From NCBI GenBank assembly GCA_951406725.2, contig OX597827.1, positions 45,570,001 through 45,634,000 on the forward strand: 64,000 nt of DNA. Direction: 5' to 3'. The notes beneath the pieces are model-generated. The model did not search any database. It worked only from the letters and a program-made list of their open reading frames with translations, and was not told the origin of the DNA. A program made the position numbers and the translations under genes. Of the stretch, positions 1 through 14,408 are shown one piece after another (position 1 is the stretch's first letter; each line of letters starts with the position of its first letter). This DNA is from Octopus vulgaris. Its lineage: Eukaryota.

Positions 1-559
1 ACGGTGAGATGGTAAAACCGTAAGCATGCCGGGGAAATGCTTAGCGGCATTTTGTTCATTTTCACGTTCTGGGGTCGACTTTGCCTTTCATCCTTTCGGA
101 ATCGATATATGACCAAAAGGGAAAACTATAATTGTCAGTAAATATGACTAAGATGTTAGGTGAGTTATAGTTTTCCTTTTTGGTAAAACAATGTACACGG
201 CTGTCTATTTTAAATTATTATATAAATGTGTGTGTGTGTGTTAGTGTGTGTGTGTGTGTATACATACACGCACAAGCACGCGCACACACATATGTATAGT
301 TCTTGGTTTTACGGGGTTACACTATAGCATAGTTATTGTTTTAACTTTCTTGTTTACTTTGCGTTTGTTTTCATTATTCCATCGTTTCTATTTGTTATGC
401 TTCTGTTTATTTCCATTTTCCTTTAATTTTATCTTCATTTTACTTCTTTGCTAAAGAAGCACCTAATTTAGCCTTATTTTTTTTTTATTAATTACTAAGT
501 GGATCAAGCGATAAGAAAATGTCTAAAGAATGTGTGCAACAATTCGCTAAAATAAATAT

Positions 560-1600
560 TTAACGTCTGTGAAACCGGTCTATTCAAAATGAAAATAACA
601 AAGAGAATTTTTACGTTATTAAGTGAAAAAGAAAGAGTTTTTATGTCAAAAGTGGAAAAAGATTAGCTGTTTGAACGCATCGAAAAGTCCAATCCCATTA
701 CTATAATGTTGTAACATATTAGGTGACTGTGTCATGAAGCGACTATGAATTAATAGTACTCTTAATTCGTGTGCAGTGAAATAAATGAATGTAAATGTTC
801 TTACAATTTGTACGCAAGCAAATGAGAAACAATGGATGACTGCTGCCGTATTAGAAAACTAGTTTAATCAAAAGTTTGTCCCTGAGACTGAAGTTTATAC
901 AAAAGAATTTTATTGTAATCAAAATGTTGATTACATCACATCCCAATGATTTAAAACTCTCTTTAACATTAATGTGCTGGTTTTGCCACCCAGAATTACA
1001 CACTTTATCCAACCATTTGATGACGACATAATTTGTAATTTTAAAACAAATTATGTAAAACATTATGTATTATATATACATACATATATATATATATATA
1101 TATAATACTTGATGATATGACAGATAAACAGATTACTGGAGAATGGAAAAAAATGTAATAATCTGCATTGTCTGAAAATAATTGCGGAAGCAATTTTTGA
1201 ATTTAAGAAAAAAAACCTTTAATGAATTTTATAAGGCTATTTCGCTTGGAGCAGTTCTACATAGCAATGATGGCAAAACAAGGGGGAAAAATTTAATTCA
1301 GACGTAATTAATATTGCCAGCTTAATAGAAATGAGAGATATGTTGATTTAGTCGTCTGAGAAATTGAGGAATTATTTGCAGAACAGAAAGAGTTGAATGA
1401 AGATTTAGTTGGTATGATCATCAGTAATTCCAAATGATAAAAGCACATAAAAAAAGCCCCCCAGAAAACAAAGAGCGAGAGATTGATGTCAATGAAGCAG
1501 CGTCATTTATTATTGCAAAAAATTGTATAAAAGACGGATTTACAAACGTAAAGTAATTTTTAAGTATATCTTATTAAGAGTGATCTTAATACGGAGTGTA
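560..1600 (+). pseudogene. Decayed pogo/Tigger-type DDE transposase remnant
   Basis: 968-1063 translates INVLVLPPRITHFIQPFDDDIICNFKTNY, matching the pogo/Tigger LPPNTTSxIQPxDxGIIxxFKxxY motif. WMTAAV lies upstream (~833-850). Many stops and frameshifts, with a TA tract at ~1065-1105. Boundaries approximate. Confidence 0.7.
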
Positions 1601-2405
1601 GTTTGAACTTTCAAAGAAAAATAAATAAAATAAGACACTCTAGAGCGGCTAGCGAAAACTTTAAAACAGATTTGCAAAAATTTACGAAGCTTGGAATTAT
1701 AGATTTTATAAAACGGTCAGCCATATTGAACAAACAGTAAGAAGGAGGGGTGTAGGAGGAGGGGAAAAGCAGCAGCAGCAGAAGAAGAAGAAAATTATGA
1801 GGATAAATAAGGTGGAAAAGAAAGCTAGCAAGCAAGAAATAGTAACCATGTATAAAAATTGCCAGGGAGACGAGTATCAATATCCCATGAGGTATGTTTG
1901 AACAATTGCGAAGAATCTTTTTACATGAAACCATTGGTTGCCTTGCTAATCCATAAATAAAGTATCTATCAATCTACACACAAACACATACACACAAGCA
2001 TACGTATATATCTGTATCTGTATGTATAGCTAGTATTTACGTCATCGGATTACGTTATACTGGGTCAGCGCTTTCAAAGCTTTTAGTCAAACATTTTAAT
2101 ATCCATCTTTTAGACCAGTACTTATCTTATCGAAATCTATTTGTCGAACCTGTATATTACAGGGGTTTACAAATGACACGATAACAACGCTTCTCCTGTC
2201 CAGTCTAAACATAAACACGGTACATACACACGCGCGGACATACATGCATACATACATGTAGGTACATAAACGTGTGTGCATACACATGCTCATATACGTA
2301 TATATGCAAATTTAAATATGCATGCATACACAAACACAGTACAGTTATTTTAATCACTGCTTAAATTTTCGTACTGTGTGTATATGTGTGTGAGTGTGTA
2401 TAGAC

Positions 2406-2468
<63 letters not shown>

Positions 2469-2606
2469 CTGACACATTGATAGATGGATGGATAGATAAA
2501 TAAATAGATAGACATATATATCATATATGTATATACATAATGTATATGCATATGTATATATAATGTGTATATACACACATATACGTATATATGTATGTAT
2601 ATATAC

Positions 2607-2639
<33 letters not shown>

Positions 2640-2865
2640 TGTATGTATGTATGTATGTATGTATGTATGTATGTCTAATGTGAGTATGTCTAAAGAGATT
2701 AATATAATAAAAAGAGAGATTGAGAAATATATATATATACCCTAGACACGTATATATATATACATACATTGGCTTTCTTATATATATATATATAGAAGCA
2801 AATATGGGGATAAGCAAATTAGGTAAATATATGTAATATAGTAAAATAACATAGAATATAAACTA

Positions 2866-3173
2866 GGCGCAGGCGTGGCTGTGTGGTATGAAGCTTATGT
2901 ACCAACCGCATGGTTCCGAGTTCAGTCCCACTGCGTTGCATCTTGGGCAAGTGTCTTCTATTATAACCTCTGTCTGACCAAAGCCTTGTGAGTAGATTTG
3001 GCAGACGGAAACTGAAAGAAGACCGTCATATGTGTGTGTGTGTGTGTTTGTGTTTGTGTGTTTGTCCCCCCCCCCCCCACCATTGCTTGACAACCAATGT
3101 TGATGTGCTTACGTCCCCGTAACTTAGCGGTTCGGCAAAAGAGAGCCCGATAGAATAAATACTTGGCTTACAA
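2866..3173 (+). mobile_element. tRNA-derived CORE-like SINE (family A), 3'-truncated
   Basis: Head GGCGTGGCTGTGTGGT...GAGTTCAGTCCC (A/B-box-like), CORE-like CTTGGGCAAGT and a central GT microsatellite. Many near-identical copies in the window. Confidence 0.8.
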
Positions 3174-3185
3174 ACATTTATATAT

Positions 3186-3675
<490 letters not shown>

Positions 3676-4769
3676 TGCATTCTTCTTCTCACACAGCATA
3701 CAGAAGCAGGCATGAAAGTGCATTCGCTTATTCATGCATATTTTTGCATAACTTCGTTCGGAGACATCTCACAAATATGCGCCTACCTCTGTTTGTGTGT
3801 GTGTGTGTGTATGTGTATGTGCATGCGCGCGCGCGCGTGTGTGTGTGTCTGTGTGCGCGCGTATCCGTGTGCGTACGTGTATGATGTGTGCACGTGCGTA
3901 TGACGTAATGTGTATTTTTGCTTCGATGATACATGGTGCAACGCAAACGTTTAGTCTGTTTAATTACATGACTCACGTGTGGTGACGGGGGAAATATCTG
4001 ACAACAACGACAGCAACAACAACAACAACAACAATAGCAACGACAACAGCAACACTGGAACATGATCACACACACACACACATCCCCATCCACATGTGCA
4101 TACAAACACATGCAAAGGTTGGGGGGAAAAAAAGAGGCGGAACTGTGAAAAATCCTATTGAAATTTCCACATTGCGATTTCGATTAGACAAGTCAAAAAT
4201 GTTTGCGTATCAATGGAATCATGTTTTTCACGTCTGTCTCACCTATCTGGGACTGAATGCCAACCACGACCACTACCACCGCCGCCGCCACCGCCACCGC
4301 CACCACCACCACCACCACCACCACCACCACCACCACCAACACCACCACCATCACCGTCGTCCCTGTCGATGACGGCGACGGCGGCGACGCGACTCGTTCA
4401 CATCCCTCGCATCTTTACCATCTTCACCATCGTCTCCAGCGCAATCTTTAATGATAACACCATCGCCACCCACATAACCTCCACTATCTCCATCCTCGCC
4501 CATCGCTCCAGAATTTCGATCCATTATGATCTTCACCATCTCCAAAACCACTCCCCACCCCAACACCTCTGCCATCATCTTCACCTCACAGCCACCCTCC
4601 CACCCCTACCCCCAACTGCCACTCAAACAGAAACCTCCACTTCTACCCGTACTGTTACCATTTCCAGTGGTACGTCCAACACCACGCATACCATTGCCAT
4701 GATCTTAATCATACACACGCGCGCGCGCGCGGTGCAACTCATTCCTCATCTATTTGCACATCATTCCAC

Positions 4770-5095
4770 TACCACCGCCACGGTGGAATTTGAACTCAGA
4801 ACGTAACGACGGGTGAAATACCGCTGAGCATATCGTCTGATGCGCTAACGATTCTGCCAGCTTGCCGCCTGGATCCAACTCAAATATTCTTTTCTACTCT
4901 AGACACAAGGCCCGAAATTTGGGGGAAGGGGGTCAGTCGATTAGATCGACCCCAGTACGTAACGGATACTTAATTTATCGATCCCTGAAAGGCAAAATCG
5001 ACCTCGGCGGAATTTGAACTCAGAACGTAACGGCGGGTAAAATATCGTTAAGCATTACGTCTGGCACGGTAACAATTCTGCCAGTTCGCCGCCTT
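4770..5095 (-). mobile_element. SINE family B (MetaSINE-like) pieces
   Basis: Reverse-strand matches to GTTCTGAGTTCAAATTCCGCCGAGGTCGACTTTGCCTTTCATCCTTTCGGGGTCGAT...AGTACCAG. Other fragments at ~1-105, 5330-5510, 16370-16505, 30560-31000, 35600-35780, 37190-37390, 42770-42965 and 60050-60178. Confidence 0.7.
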
Positions 5096-7104
5096 GATCC
5101 AACTCAAATACCAACACCACCATCGTAATCTTTATCCCCACCACCACCGCCACAAACCAGCACCACTCATTTACAGCCGAGTAGACTGGACCAAGGTGAA
5201 ATGGAGTGCACTGTATAAGGCACTTCATTTGAACGCGCTGCTCGGTTCGAGGATGGTACCCACGACCTTATAATCATGAAACGAACACCTCTAGCCACTG
5301 GGCCACAGTGATATTATTTTTTTTTTCTAATTTTGGCACAAGGCCAGCAGTTGGTTGAGCGTAAGTCGAATATATCAATTATTATTAGTACTTGAATGGA
5401 CGAAAGGCAAAGTTGACGTCGGTAGAATTTGAACTCACAAGATAAAGAGCCGAAAGAAGTCACTGGCTCTAAACATTTTGTTTAATGCGCTAACGATCTA
5501 CCAGCTCACTTAATTCCTCATCGAAATCATTACAAGAACAATTAAATATATCACATGTCACCAGTCACGTGACTAATTGCACGCGCTGTTATCAGATCTC
5601 AGATAGACTTCACAGCTAAAATATTCCTTAAAAAAGGAAAAAAAAATATTTAATCAGATTTATTTAATTTCGTGACACATTTAGAGATTATCAGCGACAC
5701 AATCCTAATGTGTCGCGGCGGCACATTGTTTGGAAAGCTCTGATTTCAGAAATGACTTGGAAAATACTGGGATTTTCTGGCAAAGAAGTTCCCTCTCCTT
5801 CCCTCTCCTCACCCCCATTTTCTCTCTGCTCCATTCTCTTTCCTTCACTTCTTTCGCTCCTTGTCCCGCTTTCTCTTCTTCCCACTCTCTTTCCCCCACC
5901 CACTTGCTCTACCTCCCCCACTGTCTCTCCGTCCCCTTTTCCCTTCACATCTTTCTTTCTCTCTCTCCCGTCTGGATATGTGTGCGTGTGTGTGTGTGTC
6001 CGTGTGCCTTTCTCTAAAGAAACAAGAAAAGATGAAATCGTAAATAAAAGGTGGGCTTTTGATCACATAATGTGTGGGACTGTGGTGTAAAAGTGAATAA
6101 GCATACCACCGCCGCCGTAGCCTCCGCCACCACCACCACCACCACTATTACCACTACTACTTCATTAGAGTCGCCACCGCTACCCTTAACACAACCACCA
6201 CCATCAACACAGCCACCGCCACCACCATCAACCACAGCAACAAAAGCCACACTCAACACAGCCACCACCGCTACCCTCAACACAACCACAACCACCAACG
6301 CCACCATCGTCACCACCATCACAACCACACCTCACCATCCCCATCATCATCTTCTCCCCATCACTACCACCATTCCGTCGCCACAACCACCACTGCAGCT
6401 AACATCAGCCCCGCCATAATCACACTACCACCATCACGACTTTCACCACTGCTACAGCTACTAAAAACAACCATCGTAGCCAACATTACCACCACCACCA
6501 CCACCGCCGCCGCCGCCACCACCACTACCACTACCATCATTACTAGCACCAACACAACCACTGCTACCACAATCCCACCACCATCACCATTACCACAACA
6601 ACCACCACTACCACCACCACTAAGTTACTCACAACTATTGTTATAAGTACAACTACCATCATCACCACAGCTAACTCTACAAGCACCACATGGTGTACAA
6701 CTACTACGAATACTATAGCCATCACAAGTGTTAGCTTTACTACCACCATCACTACCATAGTCACCACCTATACTTTTACCGACATCAGTAACTTTACAAC
6801 ATTCTCTGACACTACACCCACCCTCACCCCACCCCCGCAATTCCCCGACAGCACCACCACCACCACCACAACCCTCAGCCTTATACACACACATACCCAC
6901 ACCACCTCATTCCACAAATACAAATATAAACAGAAGCAACACACAGTCACTGATATATACAGACAGACACGCCCTCCATCTTCACCACCATGGCCACAAT
7001 ATATTCACTAAACCTCAATCAAAAGATCCACCACCCTCGCCCACCACCGACTAATCTACACCCCCTCCTCTCCTCTATCAAGCATCATCGATTTCAATCT
7101 ACAT

Positions 7105-7165
7105 TGCAGCGACATCAGTGAGACATTCCAACAGTTGTTACTTTGCTGCAGCATCAACAGGCATC
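7105..7165. other. Conserved non-coding element, copy 1 (GCAGCGACA... reads on +)
   Basis: TGCAGCGACATCAGTGAGACATTCCAACAGTTGTTAC...GCATCAACAGGCATC; GAGAC/GTCTC-closed hairpin at 7120-7175. Function unknown. Confidence 0.7.
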
Positions 7166-7739
7166 AAAGCGTCTCGTAGCCCCGACCCCAAATAATTGAT
7201 GAGGGATGAGGGGAGCCCACATCCTTTGTGTATCTCTTCCTGTTTTCCTAATGTTCCTTCATTATCATCATAATGTTCCACCTTTTACAATTAACAATAA
7301 TGAAATCTACTATTAACAACAAAGAGATTTATTATTATTAGCTGATATTATTATCAACTGATACTTGTTCTATCGATCCCGAAAGAATGAAGTGCGTGTA
7401 TGTATATACAGATACAATACCAATATTCACAGAACTTTTTAATAATTCCTTCTGGAAACTATCTTTAACATTTTCTTGAGAATGTATATATATGTTGTAA
7501 TCTTTTGTGCCTAATATTTTAATGAACTTGTTAAACTTTTTTATGTTCTTAACATGTTCTTGTAACCAAAGAATGTATATATATATATTGTAGCATTTTG
7601 TGACAACCAATAATTAATAAAACCAAACTGTTACATGTTAATTTTGACAATCTTTTACCTTTCAGAAAAAGATTGTCAAAAGTAACATGTAACAGTTTGG
7701 TTTTATTAATTATATATATTTATTTATTATTTATTTATT

Positions 7740-7777
<38 letters not shown>

Positions 7778-8221
7778 AAGCAATATATTTGATTATGGCA
7801 TAAGACTAACCAGAAAATCTGAATGCTATTAGACAAGACTGACAATCCGTCAGGCATGCTGGTGGGAAGAGCATGACCTCTGTAGCACTGGGGGTACATA
7901 GACTCTATTGGTTCGATGATGACAGAAGAATAGAACGAAATTTGGTGTAAAATACTATTGGGCAGAAAGGAAACGTTATTTCCCATGGATTGGTGTTTGC
8001 CAGGTGTGAATTGTGTAAGCTGTACTTGTATCGTTCTCCAGTTATAAAACGGATATGACCACGTTACTAATACAAACTTGTGCTCTTGAGTGCAACGTCC
8101 GATTAACTCACTTTATCGAGTTCAGAAAAGTGCTGGATCATATGAATTTTTAATGATTCCCTTTAGCACAAAGGATATAATAACATTAAACCGATCGAAT
8201 GATTCAAATCTACCATCCACT

Positions 8222-8291
<70 letters not shown>

Positions 8292-8348
8292 CATCATCAT
8301 CATCATCATCGTTATCATCATCATCATTATTATTATCATTATGATTAT

Positions 8349-9170
8349 TATTACCTCTGATTTAGTGAAGACAGGGGTATTGTTTTTAGTCGTATTTGTT
8401 TGTTTGCCCATGGACAAGATATCTCAAGAACCGCCAGATGGATTCGAATGAAACTTTCAGGAATGTTTCGCCTTGTGACTGGCATGAACTGATTAGATTT
8501 GGGGATTGATCCAGTACCGAACAAGGATTATGGATTATTTGTTATATTTACTTTACATGAAGTATTACGGCCTTACGTTGACTTTCAGGTCTTTCTCTCA
8601 TTATCTCCTTTGAAAGCACGCTCATGATTTCCACGTAAGTTATGGTGGCGTTGCTGTTTCCAAAGTTTTATTTTCGTTTCTCTATTATTAATTTTACTCG
8701 CGTCTCTATCTTAGTAGAAACTGTTGGATAAAGAAACCAAACTGCAAAAACAACCGACAGCAAAACCATTCAGAAATTAAATAATACTTTAATATTCAGT
8801 AACAATAATAAATTTAATTTATCCTCGACAATTTTCAGTTTTACTAATTTTGAATATATCGCTCCTGTTTAAAACCTCTTGCCTACCTGACAATTGCATT
8901 TCTAGCTCTGCCTTGAAGGAAGCATTACTTCTTGGACTGACGTTTTTTTTTTGCGCAACGATGTTGTTAAACCTCCGTTAACAGCACAGTATGCAGGTCC
9001 TTTCCGTTTTCTTTCATGCATGGATAAATTTTTCACTATAAAACTTAGTGGTTATAATGACGCTATATCAGTGGATGAATTAAAAAAAGGCCTTCATTGA
9101 GAAAACTGTCCCTCCTCCCACTGCAGACGATGCACACAAGCATTAGAAACACGGCCCGCACGCCCACCAT
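8349..9170 (+). mobile_element. Helentron-associated (HINE/DINE-1-like) non-autonomous element, 3'-truncated
   Basis: 5' TACCTCYG..CAGRGG hairpin/subTIR followed by (TTTG)n. The matching 3' end GGCGGAGGTTTGCGCTC...GAATGCTCTTGTT is in the 31207-32491 copy. Other partial copies at 11881-12340 and ~17875-18423. Confidence 0.55.
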
Positions 9171-9409
9171 CATAAGCCACCACCATCAACACAGCCACCA
9201 CCGCCACCATCAACACAGCAACCAACGCCACACTCAACACAACCTCCACCACCACCCACAACACAGTCACCATCGCCACCCTCAATACAACCACAACCAC
9301 CAACGCCACCATCAGCACAAACACCACTGCCGCCACCATCGTCATGCCATCACAACCACACCCCACCATCCTCATCATCATCTACTCCCCACCACCACCA
9401 CTACCACCA

Positions 9410-9641
9410 TACCTATTTCTTTACTACCTACAAGGGGCTAAACACAGAGCGGACAAACAAAGACAGACAAACGGATGTAGTCGATTATATCGACACCAGT
9501 GGGTAACTGGTACTTAATTCATCGACCCCAAAAGGATAAAGGCAAAGTCGACCTCGGCGAAATTTGAACTCAGAACGTAACGGCAGACGAAATACGGCTA
9601 CGCTTTCGTCCGGCGTGCTAAAGTTTCAGCCAGCTCGCCGC
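9410..9641 (-). mobile_element. SINE family B (MetaSINE-like)
   Basis: Reverse complement of 59367-59600. Duplicate at ~12535-12770. Confidence 0.75.
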
Positions 9642-10502
9642 CATACCGTCGCCACAACTGCCACTGCAGCTACCATCAGCCCCGCCATAATCACACTACC
9701 ACCATCACGACCTTCACCACTGCTACAGCTACTAAAAACAGCCAGTATAGCCAACATTACCACCACCACCACCTCCACCACCACCACCACCACCACCACC
9801 ACCACCGTCACCGAGCCGCCGTGCCACCACCACCACTAAAAATACAACCACCACAACTACCATTATTACTAGCACCAACACTACCACTACCACCACAATC
9901 CCCACCACCATCACCATCACCACAACAACCACCATCAGCACTGCTACTACTACCATCACTCTTAGCGTCACGATTACCTACTACACCATCACCACAACCA
10001 CTACCACTACCACCACCACTAAGTTACTCACAACTATTGTTATAAGTACAACTATCACCATCACCACAGCTAACTCTAATAGTACCACTTGGTGTACAAC
10101 TACTACCAATACTATAGCCATCACAAGTGTTAGCTTTACTACCACCATCACTACCACAGTCACCACCAATACTTTTACCGACATCAGTAACTTTACAACA
10201 TTCTCTGACACTACACCCACCCTCACCCCACCCCCACAATTCCACGACACAACAACTACCACCACCACTACAACCCTCAGCCCTATACACACACATACCC
10301 ACACCACCTCATTCAACAAATACAACTATAAACAGAAGCAACAAACAGTCACGGATATATACAGACAGACACGCCCTCCATCTTCACCACCATGGCCACA
10401 ATATATTCACTAAACCTCAATCAAACGATCCACCACCCTCGCCCACCACCGACTAATCTACACCCCTCCCCTCTATCAAGCATCATCGATTTCAATCTAC
10501 AT

Positions 10503-10560
10503 TGCAGCGACATCAGTGAGACATTCCAACAGTTGCTACTTGGCTGCATCAACAGGCATC
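10503..10560. other. Conserved non-coding element, copy 2 (+ orientation)
   Basis: Same motif as copy 1 with a 3-nt shorter loop and TGCT in place of TGTT. Confidence 0.7.
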
Positions 10561-11318
10561 AAAGCGACTCGTAGCCCCGACCCCATATAAATTGATGAGG
10601 GATGAGTGGAACCCACATCCTTTGTGTATCTCTTTCTGTTTTCCTAATGTTCCTTCATTATCATCATACTGTGCCACCTTTTACAATTAACAATAATGAA
10701 ATCTACTATTAACAACAAAGAGATTTATTATTATTAACTGATATATCAACTGATACTTGTTCTATCGATCCCGAAAGAATGAAGTGCGTGTATGTATATA
10801 CAGATACAATACCAATATTCACAGAACTTTTTAATAATTCCTTCTGGAAACTATCTTTAACATTTTCTTGAGAATGTATATATATGTTGTAATCTTTTGT
10901 GCCTAATATTTTAATGAACTTGTTAAACTTTATGTTCTTAACATGTTCTTGTTACCAAAGAATGTATATATGTATCGTAGTATTTTGTGACAACCAATAT
11001 TCTGTGCGTGTATATATATACAGGTACAATACCAATATTCACTGAACTTTTTAATAATTCCTTCTGGAAACTATCATTAACATTTTCTTGAGAATGTATA
11101 TATATGTTGCAATCTTTTGTGCCCAATATTTTAATGAACTTGTTAAACTTTTTTATGTTCTTAACATGTTCTTGTTACCAAAGAATGTATATATGTATTG
11201 TAGCATTTTGTGACAACCAATAATTAATAAAACTAAACTGTTACATGTTACTTTTGACAATCTTTTTCTAAAAGGTAAAGTAAATAAACGTCTTTTAAAA
11301 TTGTATTTTCAAACTTTC

Positions 11319-11360
<42 letters not shown>

Positions 11361-11815
11361 AAGCAATATATTACTGATTATGGCATAAGACTAACCAGAA
11401 AGTCTGAATGCTATTAGACAAGACTGACAATCCGTCAGGCATGCTGGTGGGAAGAGCACGACCTCTTTAGCACTGGAGGTACATAGACTCTATTGGTTCG
11501 ATGATGGCAGAAGAATAGAACGAAATTTGGTGTAAAATACTATTGGGCAGAAAGGAAACGTTATTTCCCATGGATTGGTGTTTGCCAGGTGTGAATTGTG
11601 TAAGCTGTACTTGTATCGTTCTCCAGTTATAAAACGGATATGACAACGTTACTAATACAAACTTGTGCTCTTGAGCGCAACGTCCGGTTAACTCACTTTA
11701 TCGAGTTCAGAAAAGTGCTGGATCATATGAATTTTTAATGATTCCCTTTAGCAAAAAGCATATAATGACATTAAACCGATCGAATGATTCAAATCTACCA
11801 CCCACTGTCTTATTA

Positions 11816-11883
<68 letters not shown>

Positions 11884-13609
11884 ACCTCCGACTTAGTGAA
11901 GACAGAGGTGTTGTTTTTAGTCGTATTTGTTTGTTTGTTTGCCCATGGACAAGATATGTCAAGAACCGCTGAATGGATTCGAATGAACCTTACAGGAATG
12001 TTTGGCATGAACTGATTAGATTTGGGGATTGATCCAGTACCGGACAAGGATTGTGGATTATTTGTTATATTTACTTTACATGAAGTATTACGGTCTTACG
12101 TTGACTTTCAGGTCTTTCTCTGATTATCTCCTTTGAAAGCACGCTCATGATTTCCACGTAAGTTATGGTGGCGTTGCTGTTTCCAAAGTTTCATTTTCGT
12201 TTCTCTATTATTAATTTTACTCGCTTCTCTATCTTAGTAGAAACTGTTGGATAAAGAAACCAAACTACATAAACAACCGGCAGCAAAACCATTCAGAAAT
12301 TAAATAATACTTTAATATTCAGTAACAATAATGAATTTAACAGCAACCAACGCCACACTCAACACAACCTCCACCACCACCCATAACACAGTCACCATCG
12401 CCACCCTCAATACAACCACAACCACCAACGCCACCATCAGCACAAACACCACTGCCGCCACCATCATCACCGCCATCACAACCACACCCCACCATCCACA
12501 TCATCATCTACTCCCCACCACAACCACTACCACCATACCTATTTTTTTACTACCTACAAGGGGGTAAACACAGAGCGGACAAACAAAGACAGACAAACGG
12601 ATGTAGTCGATTATATCGACCCCAGTGGATAACTGGTACTTAATTCATCGACCCCAAAAGGATGAAAGGCAAAGTCGACCTCGGCGAAATTTGAACTCAG
12701 AACGTAACGGCAGACGAAATACGGCTACGCATTTCGCCCGGCGTGCTAACGTTTCATCCAGCTCACCGCCATACTGTTGCCACAACTGCCACTGCAGCTA
12801 CCATCAGCCCCGCTATAATCACACTACTACCATCACAACCTTCACCACTGCTACAGCTACTAAAAACAGCCAGTATAGCCAACATTACCACCACCACCAC
12901 CACCACCGTCACTGAGCCGCCGTGCCACCACCACCACTAATAATATAACCACCACAACTACCACCACTACCATTATTACTAGCACTAACACTACCACTGA
13001 CACAACAATCCCCACCACCATCACCATTACCACAACAACTACCATCAGCACTGCTACAACTACCATCACTCTTAGCGTCACGATTACCTACTACACCATT
13101 ACCACTACCACCACCACTACCACCACCACTAAGTTACTCACAACTATTGTTATAAGTACAACTACCACCATCACCACAGCTAACTCTACTGGTACCACTT
13201 GGTGTACAACTACTACCAATACTATAGCCATCACAAGTGTTAGCTTCACTACCACCATCACTACCACAGTAACCACCAATACTTTTACCAACATCGAAAA
13301 CTTTACAACATTCTCTGACACTACACCCACCCTCACCCCACCCCCGCAATTCCCCGACAGCACCACCACCATCACCACAACCCTCAGCCCTATACACACA
13401 CATACCCACACCACCTCATTCCACAAATACAACTATAAACAGAAGCAACACACAGTCACGGATATATACAAACAGACACGCCCTCCATCTTCACCACCAT
13501 GACCACAATATATTCACTAAACCTCAATCAAACGATCCACCACCCTCGCCCACCACCGACTAATCTACACCCCTCCCCTCTATCAAGCATCATCGATTTC
13601 AATCTACAT

Positions 13610-13670
13610 TGCAGCGACATCAGTGAGACATTCCAACAGTTGTTACTTTGCTGCAGCATCAACAGGCATC
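13610..13670. other. Conserved non-coding element, copy 3 (+ orientation)
   Basis: Core identical to copy 1. Confidence 0.7.
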
Positions 13671-13995
13671 AAAGCGTCTCGTAGCCCCGACCCCATATAA
13701 TTGATGAGGGATGAGTGGAGCCCACGTCCTTTGTGTATCTCTTTCTGTTTTCCTAATGTTCCTTCATCATCAACATACTGTGCCACCTTTTACAATTAAC
13801 AATAATGAAATCTGCTATTAACAACAAAGAGATTTATTATTATTAACTGATATATCAACTGATACTTGTTCTATCGATCCCGAAAGAATGAAGTGCGTGT
13901 ATGTATATACAGATACAATACCAATATTCCACAGAACTTTTTAATAATTATTTCTGGAAACTATCTTTAACATTTTCTTGAGAATGTATATACAT

Positions 13996-14408
13996 AGGTG
14001 CAGGAGTGGCTGTGTGGTAAGTAGCTTGTTAACCAGCCACATGGTTCCGGGTTCAGTCCCACTGCGTGGCACCTTGGGCAAGTGTCTTTTGCTATAGCCC
14101 CGGGCCGACCAATGCCTTGTGAGTGGATTTGGTAGACAGAAACTGAAAGATGCCTGTCGTATATATATATGTATATATATATATATATATGTGTGTATGT
14201 CTGTGTTTGTCCCCCTAGTATTGCTTGATAACCGATGCTGGTGTGTTTACGTCTCCGTCACCTAGCGGTTTGGCAAAAGAGACTGATAGATTAAGTACTG
14301 GGCTTACAAAGAATAAGTCCCGGGGTCGATTTGCTCGACTAAAGGCGGTGCCCCAGCATGGCCGCAGTCAAATGACTGAAACAAGTAAAAGAATAAAAGA
14401 AAGAAAAT
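13996..14408 (+). mobile_element. SINE family A inserted only in tandem unit 3
   Basis: Full-length copy. The empty site GAGAATGTATATATATGTTGTAATC is present in units 1 and 2. Confidence 0.85.

Noticed and set aside
5690-5742. Hairpin GCGACACA/TGTGTCGC resembling the start of the conserved element
   Set aside because: The reverse strand begins CAGAGCTTTCCAAAC, typical of a hAT MITE end, and it lacks ACATTCCA and the other blocks.
6100-7010. Thr-rich mucin-like reading frames in the (ACC)n-rich block, and Val-rich antisense ORFs
   Set aside because: Decayed trinucleotide repeat. Paralogous copies differ by frameshifting indels, and there is no signal peptide or clear splice structure.
7111-7126. 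CAGTGA as an iron-responsive element loop
   Set aside because: The flanks are direct repeats (GACAT...GACAT), not a stem, and the loop is not conserved in most old copies.
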